From assembly GCA_037142195.1 (NCBI GenBank), contig JBAXBA010000026.1, positions 1 to 44,882 on the forward strand: DNA of 44,882 bases. Reading direction: 5' to 3'. The notes beneath the pieces are model-generated. The model was not told the origin of the DNA. It saw nothing but the letters and a program-made list of their open reading frames with translations, and did no database searches. The stretch is from Pseudomonadota bacterium. Its GTDB lineage: Bacteria > Bdellovibrionota_B > Oligoflexia > Oligoflexales > CAIMVM01. The translations under genes and the position numbers were made by a program. Positions 10,008-17,804 of the stretch are shown in pieces. The stretch's first letter is position 1. The number at the start of each line of letters is the position of its first letter.

Positions 10008-10949
10008 CTAATTTTTACCGTAAATCGGCTGTTTTTTTTCTGTAAATTCTTTATCAGATAGATTTTGGTCGGAGAGAAATTGCCATACTGCTAATCGAGG
10101 GTACTTTACCCCAGAAGCTTTTAAAATAAGTGAAATGTCATGAATCATATCTTCTGCATTGCGATATCGAAAGATCTTATAGTACGAGACCGATTTCTTT
10201 ATGACTGCGAGTATCGCCTTCTCAAGGCCCCCTTTGGGCATACCTATTTGTGAGAGGTCTCTTTTTTTCATAGCCGCGATGACCATTTTATTGTCTTTAG
10301 AGTTAGGCAAAAGCCGCTTTCCTGCGATGAGCTGATAGAGAAGCAACCCAGCTTCGTATAGGTCACTCGCTTCAGTAAGAGCCTTTCGCCTAATGTGCTC
10401 AGGAGAAAAATATCCGGGCGTTCCAAATTTTTTTCCTTCCGAGGAGTCGACGTCACTTACTAAGCTTAGGCCAAAGTCGGTAAGAAAAGCCCGCCCTTGT
10501 TTGTTGACAAGAATGTTCCCTGGAGTCAAGTCCGAGTGGATAATGTCATGGACATGAAGATGATCGACTGCTTGCAATACCTGAACAAGGACACAAAGTG
10601 CCACTAAAGGAGGAAGGGTCTTTACTTCCTTGAGAAGTTTATATCCATTCCAACCTTCTATATAATCTGTAACCACATAACAGATGGGTGGATCCCATTT
10701 TGCCTCAATATAACTGACAATATTTTTATGCTTCATCTGACTTAAAATAAGCAACTCTTTGTGGAAGGAACCTAGAATTTCTGGACGAGTCAGCATCTCA
10801 TCATGAAGAATTTTAATGGCGACAATTTCATGGGTCTCCTTAACTTGAGCCTTAAATACTCGGCCAAGTCCACCAGCACCCACTTGCTCGATAAGCCGGT
10901 AGGGCCCTGGAAGTAGGGGAAGATTATTTTCAGAATTGTCTTCAGACAT
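10008..10949 (-). CDS. Cytoplasmic Hanks-type Ser/Thr protein kinase (non-RD)
   Basis: GAGGLGRVF, VAIK, HSDLTPGN, TDFG, GTPGYFSPE; no transmembrane segment; RBS GAGGAG. Confidence 0.9.
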   Translation of the reverse strand: MSEDNSENNLPLLPGPYRLIEQVGAGGLGRVFKAQVKETHEIVAIKILHDEMLTRPEILGSFHKELLILSQMKHKNIVSYIEAKWDPPICYVVTDYIEGWNGYKLLKEVKTLPPLVALCVLVQVLQAVDHLHVHDIIHSDLTPGNILVNKQGRAFLTDFGLSLVSDVDSSEGKKFGTPGYFSPEHIRRKALTEASDLYEAGLLLYQLIAGKRLLPNSKDNKMVIAAMKKRDLSQIGMPKGGLEKAILAVIKKSVSYYKIFRYRNAEDMIHDISLILKASGVKYPRLAVWQFLSDQNLSDKEFTEKKQPIYGKN

Positions 10950-10969
10950 CTATGTCTCCTCTGAAGATG

Positions 10970-10996
10970 TTCTCGGCAGATAAGCTTAAATCCTTG
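10970..10996 (-). promoter_or_regulatory. Putative sigma28 (FliA)-type promoter of the kinase
   Basis: Minus strand CAAG-N15-GCCGAGAA, versus consensus TAAA-N15-GCCGATAA, ending 20 bp before the ATG. Confidence 0.5.
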
Positions 10997-11019
10997 TGAA
11001 AGTCATTCCAAAGATTGAC

Positions 11020-11047
11020 AAAAAAAAAGAAATAATGGAATTATTTC
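11020..11047 (-). terminator. Possible intrinsic terminator after the YbjN-like gene
   Basis: Minus-strand GAAAUAAU-UCC-AUUAUUUC followed by U9; the stem is AU-rich and weak. Confidence 0.45.
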
Positions 11048-11096
11048 GATGTGTTAACTAAATATATGGTCTTGATGCCTGCGTTTCAAAGCCGAG

Positions 11097-11537
11097 CTAA
11101 TTCAAGAAATAGGCTTTTTCTCCTCGAGACTCAGACACATAAAGGGATGGGGTAAAAATCTCTAATTGAAGATGGTCAGCATAATAGGCGATCATTCCAA
11201 TTAAATAATTAAAATTTTCATAGCCAAAATAAATCGCTAATGCGTGTGCAGCTAAAATCAGATCACCTTCTTTAGAAAAAGCTAATTTTACAATCTGAGT
11301 TTCATCGTTGAGCTGCATGAGCCTGATCATTAACTCAGGATGCATCTTCCAATCCACGCTTCGATCTATATAAGGGCGAACTTCAAAAAGAACGGACGTA
11401 TCGTTGAGGTGAATCATCAAAGGGTATTCTGTACTGGCTCCAGCCCATCCTGTGAGCCAAGTAGACTCATCTACTCGCTCGTAAGCCCAGCCGTATCTGA
11501 TGATAAACTCTTCTAGCAATTCGGCAGTACAATGCAT
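11097..11537 (-). CDS. YbjN-domain (T3SS-chaperone-like fold) protein
   Basis: Pattern LEEFIIRYGWAYE...W.TGW...LMQLNDETQIVKLAFSKEGDLIL typical of YbjN-like proteins. ATG at 11537 follows CAGGA. Confidence 0.7.
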   Translation of the reverse strand: MHCTAELLEEFIIRYGWAYERVDESTWLTGWAGASTEYPLMIHLNDTSVLFEVRPYIDRSVDWKMHPELMIRLMQLNDETQIVKLAFSKEGDLILAAHALAIYFGYENFNYLIGMIAYYADHLQLEIFTPSLYVSESRGEKAYFLN

Positions 11538-11587
11538 CCAAGTTTCCTGATATGATTGGCTAGTAAGTAGCCTAACGAGTAAATTAA

Positions 11588-12391
11588 ATGCAGTCAATAG
11601 CTGAAAAAATCATTCATTTTGACATCCCTGGAGTCAACACTGGCATCTCGAAGGGTATTTTGATTTCTCCACAATTTGGCCTTCCCCTGGTCCTCATGGT
11701 CCATGGAACAGGAAATGACAGAAACTATCCTTGGGCAAATGTCGTGGAATGTCTTGTTGGGTCAGGCTTTCAAGTTGCTGTGTTTGATTTACCTGGACAC
11801 GGAAAAGATTCTACGGACTTCCTAGGTGAAAATGCTGCTGCATCGGTCGAGAATGCGCTTACTGCACTCCATGGACTCACACTTTGGAGTAAACTTTTTG
11901 GCCTTGGCCAGAGCCTAGGCGGCTCCCTCTTGCTAGAAGCCGCATCCCAAAAAAATCTCGGCTTTAAGAAGCTTTCTATCTGGGGGATTCCTTCAGATCG
12001 AACACCAGACTTTAGAGTTCTAACAGAGCTTATGAGCCCTTTTCTTATTTCGACTTGGTCGTTACCCAACTATTATGGATTCTGGGGATCGCTGCCTGCA
12101 TTGTTTCATTTCAAAAGAAAAGAGTTTCCCATTCGGAGTAACCAGATCCACTATGTGGAATACGTGCTCGATCTGATTAAAAATTCCCGTCAAAAAATGG
12201 TCCCGAAAGGTTGCCCACCGACGCAATTTATTCATGGAAATATCGATTTTATTGCGGATATGGAATTTGCCGAAACCTTGGTAAACCAAATTCAAAACAG
12301 TCACATGAAAACTATTTTTGAATCTCATTTTTCACTCCTTTGCAGTGAAAATGCAGCTGATCTTGCCATAGATTGGTTCTTACAAGCTTAA
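11588..12391 (+). CDS. Alpha/beta hydrolase
   Basis: VHGTG oxyanion motif, FDLPGHG, nucleophile elbow GQSLGG, IHGNID and a C-terminal SH. Confidence 0.88.
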   Translation: MQSIAEKIIHFDIPGVNTGISKGILISPQFGLPLVLMVHGTGNDRNYPWANVVECLVGSGFQVAVFDLPGHGKDSTDFLGENAAASVENALTALHGLTLWSKLFGLGQSLGGSLLLEAASQKNLGFKKLSIWGIPSDRTPDFRVLTELMSPFLISTWSLPNYYGFWGSLPALFHFKRKEFPIRSNQIHYVEYVLDLIKNSRQKMVPKGCPPTQFIHGNIDFIADMEFAETLVNQIQNSHMKTIFESHFSLLCSENAADLAIDWFLQA

Positions 12392-12456
12392 ATTTAATGA
12401 AGCCTATTTCAGATTCTACAACCATCAAGCAAGAGAGTTTCCGAGCTACCTTTTGA

Positions 12457-12478
12457 GAGCGCTTCATTAGGAGCGCTC
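12457..12478. terminator. Hairpin between convergent genes
   Basis: GAGCGCTTC-ATTA-GGAGCGCTC, a 9-bp stem with one G-U pair. Confidence 0.55.
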
Positions 12479-12515
12479 ATTTAACAGTTGCCAGCTAGAA
12501 GTCGCATCTTAGATT

Positions 12516-13508
12516 TTATAGTCTCAAATTTGCTAACTCATCCAAAACAGCAGCGTGGGTGGTGGTGTTTTTCAAGCGCTCTAAAATCCCTTTAATGTTC
12601 GGTGAAGGCTCACGCCTGGTACCTTCTATAAAGGCTATTTGTACATAGACATCAGCTCTGGCAAGCTCTTCGCTCAAAGCTTCCCCTAAGGTCGGCGCCC
12701 AGGACTCAATCACTTCCCTAGCACCTTTTGCTAAAACAATATTTCTAGATACCGCAAACTCAAATAGTTTCATGATATGCGCATTACTCGCGGAAATAGG
12801 CGTCATTTCTAAATGGCTTAATATTACTGAACAGGTATAGGAATTCACGGACACCAAAGTTCTCTGTCTGAGCTCTTCAGAAGAAGCCTGTTGAAGATAG
12901 GACATAAAGTCATTGGCTGCATCTAAGGGCTTAATTTTTATCATCGCTTGCGCAAAGGCAACATCACCTTTTTTGAATAGACCCACTCGCAGCACAGTAT
13001 AGAGATTTTTAATACGATGAATTCCAATCGACTTTGCCATCTCTGGAATAAGGTGCTTTTCCATATTGTTCATATCACGCGTGAGAACGCCATCGATGCT
13101 CGCAGCCATGTTCGATGAGGTACCAACCCCGGCAAGGCGCCAGCCCAATTTTAGTTTTATGGAGTCGTCATATTTCGTTAATAGGGTAAACAGCTTGCTG
13201 GTATCGGAAGGACGAGTGAGCTCATATAACTGCACGGCATGGATCAACTGGGGTTCAGTCCATTTCTCTATATCCTTAGGAATGATTTCGAGAAGCAGAG
13301 ATTCGACCGCAGACGTATCCCCTTTAGCTTCCATGATTTTTCTTGAAGAATCGATGGATTTTCCGCCAAAATCAATGGCCACACGAACTCTCTCTTCCAA
13401 AGACGTAGAGGAATTTATTTCAGGTGCTTTTTTTTGGTCTTCAGGGCTCCATGAAACACAACTTAAGGGAATAGAAAAAACAAAAAGAACCAATAGTAGC
13501 CTCAACAT
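12516..13508 (-). CDS. Hypothetical lipoprotein, predicted all-helical
   Basis: ATG at 13508 after AAAGGAG; MLRLLLVLFVFSIPLSC is lipobox-like; amphipathic helical pattern throughout. Confidence 0.75.
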   Translation of the reverse strand: MLRLLLVLFVFSIPLSCVSWSPEDQKKAPEINSSTSLEERVRVAIDFGGKSIDSSRKIMEAKGDTSAVESLLLEIIPKDIEKWTEPQLIHAVQLYELTRPSDTSKLFTLLTKYDDSIKLKLGWRLAGVGTSSNMAASIDGVLTRDMNNMEKHLIPEMAKSIGIHRIKNLYTVLRVGLFKKGDVAFAQAMIKIKPLDAANDFMSYLQQASSEELRQRTLVSVNSYTCSVILSHLEMTPISASNAHIMKLFEFAVSRNIVLAKGAREVIESWAPTLGEALSEELARADVYVQIAFIEGTRREPSPNIKGILERLKNTTTHAAVLDELANLRL

Positions 13509-13927
13509 GATGATTTCTCCTTTGTGTAAATGATACGACACCCTAAAGCTACAGAAACTGGCTCGGAAGCCGCTTCTAACTCTTTTAATAGTTCGTTTGA
13601 GTAGTGAGACTCTGATAAAAAAATCTCCAGAGTATCTTGACTCATGAAGACCCTAGCTCCTACAGGAATTTTTTGAATCAAGGTTCCGCACGCCAACAAA
13701 GGAATGCGCTTAGGCTCTCGATGAAAGCTATGAAATTCTACTGGGACTCCTGAAGCTTCCAAGGCTCTGAAAAGAAAATCTGCAGCAAAATCGACTCGCA
13801 AGGCTGATCTCGGTCGAAAGAGATCCGTTAAAACCTTAACTTTTTGTAGCTCGCGCCACCAAAGCCAAATAAGTCCCAAAATGAAACCGGCAGACGCGAG
13901 ATGAGCAGCGAGATTTGTTGATGCCAT
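13502..13927 (-). CDS. Hypothetical membrane-anchored protein
   Basis: N-terminal transmembrane segment; RBS AGAGG; own promoter; stop overlaps the start of the next gene by 7 bp. Confidence 0.65.
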   Translation of the reverse strand: MASTNLAAHLASAGFILGLIWLWWRELQKVKVLTDLFRPRSALRVDFAADFLFRALEASGVPVEFHSFHREPKRIPLLACGTLIQKIPVGARVFMSQDTLEIFLSESHYSNELLKELEAASEPVSVALGCRIIYTKEKSSC

Positions 13928-13943
13928 GAGAACCTCTACTTTT

Positions 13944-13952
13944 ATTATAGCA
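13944..13952 (-). promoter_or_regulatory. Extended -10 sigma70 promoter element
   Basis: TGCTATAAT on the minus strand, 16 bp upstream of the ATG at 13927. Confidence 0.55.
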
Positions 13953-14066
13953 AATACTCTTTCCGCTGAGTAGAGTCATTCCCATAAGAAGAAGGAACAG
14001 GCACACGGAAACTAGAATGTTCCATGAGCCGATTAACACCCCTCACTTAGTCTAACGGCAATTTTG

Positions 14067-15824
14067 TCAGTCCGGCGTTGTCAAGAGCTCCAGCCCAAGG
14101 CGAATCATTCTTTGGGATGCTTCACTATGCTTAGAGTGGTCCTGCAGTCTTTGCTTCAATTCCTCGAAACTTCCTTTGATTTCAATATTTCTTAAGGCTA
14201 GAACCTCCAAAAGCTCTATGGCCAATAGCCACTCAAACTTAGATCCGTTTAATATGTCGGCAGCAATTCCCATAAGGCGTTGCCAATCATCAGGAGTTGA
14301 GGCATGAACTCTCAATGATTTGATTTGAGTAAATAGGGCCTGGATCTTAATTTCTTCTGCTGAGTAGGGCGTGCTGCGGCTTGGGGCAGAGCTTGCCTTT
14401 CCAATGTCATACGCGCCATATAAACCCTGGTCCGCTGGGCCACCAAATACAGAAGCGACTTCAGAACAGAGCGGCATATCAAACTCGCCCCATTCTGGGC
14501 TATATAAGCTCTGGCTACCTAGTGTTACATGGCAGTCCTGCCAGACAATATAGATAGCTTTTTCATTTTGAAACACAATGTCTTTAACCACCCCTTCCAC
14601 CATTACGCCAGAAGTGTAGGCCAGACTGCTAGCAGCTCCTTTTCTAATGCCAAGACTCTGCAAATCTTTCGCTTCTAATTCACTGGTATTCTTTTTGGAA
14701 TTCAAAATCGTCCCGATGGGCATGGAAAATCCGCTAGGATGCCTCCGGATGCCTTGCCCAGAAAGCTCTTTTTCCTGAAGAGACAACTGAACAGGCCCTT
14801 CCCAAAATAAATAACTCGGCTGTCCTTCATGCACATGCATTTTAGCAAGGGTGCCTGAAACTCCTAATTGGTTCTCAAATTGGACGGTAGTAACTGTTTT
14901 TGCTCTGCTGGCAATCTCAAGGCCTTCTAAGCCTCCTATTTTGTAGGCCATGGTATCTTCAAGCTCCGTCAACACCTCACTCATATGCTTGAAATCTCGC
15001 GCGATAAAGAGTTGAGGTTGGGGCTCCGTGATGTCGTAAGATTGGTCTATACAAGCAAGACTTAAGGGAACTTTTTGAATCCTAGGTGATAGGCATTCTC
15101 GAGCCTCCCCAATGCTGGACAACAGCCCTGCGCCATAAATTTTTGGACTTTCAAAGTCGCCAATAAGACCGTACTCGATCGTCCACCAGCTCATTCTTGC
15201 GACTTTAGAGGCCTCTGAAACCCATGTCATACTGTTCACTGCTTTGGTCAGCGCTTCCTGCGCTGCCGCAATCTCTGCCTTGGTTGCATCCGGATTCTCT
15301 TTAGAGTCAGAGAGCAATCGAATCGCTTCATATAATCGAATATCTTCGATGGAATAAATGGCTTTTCTAGCCAGCTTCGCATAATGAGTTAAATAGTTAC
15401 GATATTCTAAGTCGGCAAGAATCGGCGCATGGCCAGCTGCCTCATGGACAATATCTGGAGCGGGGGTGTAATCAATATGTTCTAAGGTACGCATATCTGC
15501 AGCAATGGGGAGAACATTAAACGCCAAAAACTCTAAAAAAGCAGAGGGCGGAATAAAACCACAAATACAACATGCTCCCCAGCCGTAATTTTGAAGGGCA
15601 CGGTCCATATCTTCAATTCGAGGAATTTCTGTTAATGGAACACCTGTTTCTTTGAGACCACGAAGCCAAATCGGGTGAGCATTTTCAGAGAAGAAGCGTC
15701 GCGACTGCCGCATGATGAAACGCCATGCTGCTTGATCTGCCGAAGTATATTTTTCGTAGTTTTGATTGACTACATATCCTTTTAGGTAGTGGGGCAGCCT
15801 GTCGTAAGTAGAGCCGAGTTTCAT
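14067..15824 (-). CDS. phhA: Aromatic amino acid hydroxylase (phenylalanine 4-monooxygenase, long form)
   Basis: YTPAPDIVHEAAGHAP (two Fe-binding His), WWTIEYGL (Glu ligand), IYGAGLLSSIGE, YDITEPQPQLF; about 280 extra C-terminal residues; RBS GGAGG. Confidence 0.9.
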   Translation of the reverse strand: MKLGSTYDRLPHYLKGYVVNQNYEKYTSADQAAWRFIMRQSRRFFSENAHPIWLRGLKETGVPLTEIPRIEDMDRALQNYGWGACCICGFIPPSAFLEFLAFNVLPIAADMRTLEHIDYTPAPDIVHEAAGHAPILADLEYRNYLTHYAKLARKAIYSIEDIRLYEAIRLLSDSKENPDATKAEIAAAQEALTKAVNSMTWVSEASKVARMSWWTIEYGLIGDFESPKIYGAGLLSSIGEARECLSPRIQKVPLSLACIDQSYDITEPQPQLFIARDFKHMSEVLTELEDTMAYKIGGLEGLEIASRAKTVTTVQFENQLGVSGTLAKMHVHEGQPSYLFWEGPVQLSLQEKELSGQGIRRHPSGFSMPIGTILNSKKNTSELEAKDLQSLGIRKGAASSLAYTSGVMVEGVVKDIVFQNEKAIYIVWQDCHVTLGSQSLYSPEWGEFDMPLCSEVASVFGGPADQGLYGAYDIGKASSAPSRSTPYSAEEIKIQALFTQIKSLRVHASTPDDWQRLMGIAADILNGSKFEWLLAIELLEVLALRNIEIKGSFEELKQRLQDHSKHSEASQRMIRLGLELLTTPD

Positions 15825-16089
15825 GAACGTCCCTCCATTCCTCAGAATTTATCAGTTGTTACCTAACGTTGTACCCGTCAAGTCAGCTAAAGCTCAAGCC
15901 TGGAATCAACGTATCCACAATTAAACTGTGCGGCTAGCTGCTCGAAGTCTCGGCACACAAGTTGCAGTATATCTTTCGGCAGCGCCCAATCAGCTGAGCC
16001 ATAGGCTCTAAGTCTCGGCAAGTTAGTGAAATTGGGAAGCAAAATATTTACCCACACTGTATTAAAAAAACTCACTTGTAAGGACAGCT

Positions 16090-16338
16090 ATGTACCTCTC
16101 CGTAACATTACCCAGAAGATGCCACCCAAGACCCCAAGTCAAAACCACCGGCCCCATGGAAGATTTAAGTCCAGAAAACTTAGCTCTTTTCATTGTAACT
16201 AGGCAATTTTTAAGCCGAGGCGATGCGGAAACCGCTCTCATTCTTTTAAAAAACCAACTCCAAATTCACCCCCAGAACAGCTGGATACGCTCAGAAATCG
16301 AGCGTCTGGAGCCTTGTTTAGGATCTATAGTGAGCTAA
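16090..16338 (+). CDS. Small hypothetical protein with one TPR-like helix pair
   Basis: AAGGA before the ATG; GDAETALILLKNQLQIHPQNSWIRSEI resembles a TPR unit; hairpin AAACAAGG/CCTTGTTT at 16360-16383 downstream. Confidence 0.5.
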   Translation: MYLSVTLPRRCHPRPQVKTTGPMEDLSPENLALFIVTRQFLSRGDAETALILLKNQLQIHPQNSWIRSEIERLEPCLGSIVS

Positions 16339-16494
16339 CTCCATGCTGTTTCCCCCTAAAAACAAGGCGCCTTGCCCTTGTTTGAAGCCGACCTTCTCCT
16401 TTAAGCATCCAATTTTAATGGGTTATTTTCATCAATTATAGACTTTTAAAAGTGCCTGCTTTCGGTCCAACACTGAAAGTCACATTTCCTATAT

Positions 16495-17127
16495 TTGTCA
16501 AACTTTAACACCATGCTATCATTAGTTTTTGGACCTTTTTACGGATTGGCTTTTATGTCGCAATGGGGCAAACAGCAAACAGTTGAGAATGCCACACGGC
16601 GAGATGTGCAACGAAGTAATTTGACGCCCATGGAGAGCCTTGAGCTTTCCCAGGGAACATTGTTAACTTCGATGGGCATGGACTTTTACGAAAAAATTTC
16701 CACGCTAATGGCAAAAAGGGAATTGCTAGTAACTCCTTTTAGGAATCCTTGGTTTCCAGTGCCCGCACAGTACCTTAAAATGAAAAGTAGAAATTTTAGT
16801 TCCTTGGCCTCCGCTTTTTATGCTCTTTATGCTCTTTATGCTCTTTATGCTCTTTATGCTCTTTATGCTCTTTATGCTCTTCATTTTGATACTCTTTTTT
16901 TTCAAATTCTATTCAGATTTCTTAATGTTATGCTTTTCACAACCTCGAACTCTCGGGCCTTTAATTTCAAATCGAGTCTAACTGGGAGTAGGCTTATGGA
17001 GCTCACCCGCAATGAAAATCCTTTTCCAAGTATTTGGACTTTTGACGTTCTAGCTCATGGCAACATAGCATCCACTTGCACAAAACTTATGAGCCCAAAA
17101 CTAGAATTCAACATGGGGGGGCTATGA
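16495..17127 (+). CDS. Orphan ORF containing (YAL)7; coding status uncertain
   Basis: 210 open codons in AT-rich DNA; stop overlaps the gmk start (ATGA); no recognisable family; start uncertain. Confidence 0.3.
   Translation: MSNFNTMLSLVFGPFYGLAFMSQWGKQQTVENATRRDVQRSNLTPMESLELSQGTLLTSMGMDFYEKISTLMAKRELLVTPFRNPWFPVPAQYLKMKSRNFSSLASAFYALYALYALYALYALYALYALHFDTLFFQILFRFLNVMLFTTSNSRAFNFKSSLTGSRLMELTRNENPFPSIWTFDVLAHGNIASTCTKLMSPKLEFNMGGL
16819..16881 (+). repeat. Perfect 9-bp tandem repeat (TATGCTCTT)x7
   Basis: Seven exact copies read directly; translates as YAL x7 in the 16495 ORF. Confidence 0.97.
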
Positions 17128-17804
17128 CTCAATTTAGAAATGTTTATGTCGTGGTAGCCCCTTCAGGGACTGGTAAAACCACCCTAAATAATCGACTCTT
17201 AAGCGACTATCCTGAACATATCGAAATGTCTGTCAGTTGCACAACTCGCAAGATAAGACCTGGTGAAACTGAGGGTATAGATTACCATTTTGTTACTAAG
17301 GAAAGATTTGAAAATCAGGTTTCCTCACATGAAATGTTAGAATGGGCAAATGTTCACGGCAATATGTATGGCACAACGATTCAAGAAATTAACCGTATCA
17401 GTCTAACCGGAAAAAAAATATTACTTGAAATTGACTATCAAGGTTGGAAGCAAGCCAAAAAAATCATTACTGATGCCGTCGCGGTCTTTATTCTTCCTCC
17501 AAGCCTTGAAGAAATGTGGAGGCGCCTTGAGTCCCGAGGCACCGACTCTCTTCAAGTAAGGTGGAAAAGGCTTCAGTCGGCTAAAAAAGAATTCGAATCT
17601 TCTAGCGATTATGAATTCTTTATAGTAAATGAAACCCTAGATAGCGCCTACAAGGCTCTTTCCGATTTGATTATACTGGGTAAAAACCCTCCCCTTTCTA
17701 AAGACGCTGCATTAGAAATGACCCGTAAGTTTCTTTTTGAATTTGAAAACGCCGCTTGGATCAAACAAATCGAGAAGCAGGTACTCGAGGCCAAACATGA
17801 GTGA
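17124..17804 (+). CDS. gmk: Guanylate kinase
   Basis: APSGTGKTT, SCTTRKIRPGETEGIDYHF, EWANVHGNMYGT, LEIDYQG, FILPPS; ATG at 17124 after a G-run. Confidence 0.95.
   Translation: MTQFRNVYVVVAPSGTGKTTLNNRLLSDYPEHIEMSVSCTTRKIRPGETEGIDYHFVTKERFENQVSSHEMLEWANVHGNMYGTTIQEINRISLTGKKILLEIDYQGWKQAKKIITDAVAVFILPPSLEEMWRRLESRGTDSLQVRWKRLQSAKKEFESSSDYEFFIVNETLDSAYKALSDLIILGKNPPLSKDAALEMTRKFLFEFENAAWIKQIEKQVLEAKHE

Noticed and set aside
13836..14039. 67-aa ORF between phhA and the 13927 gene
   Set aside because: It overlaps the promoter and start of the better-supported gene and has no motif.
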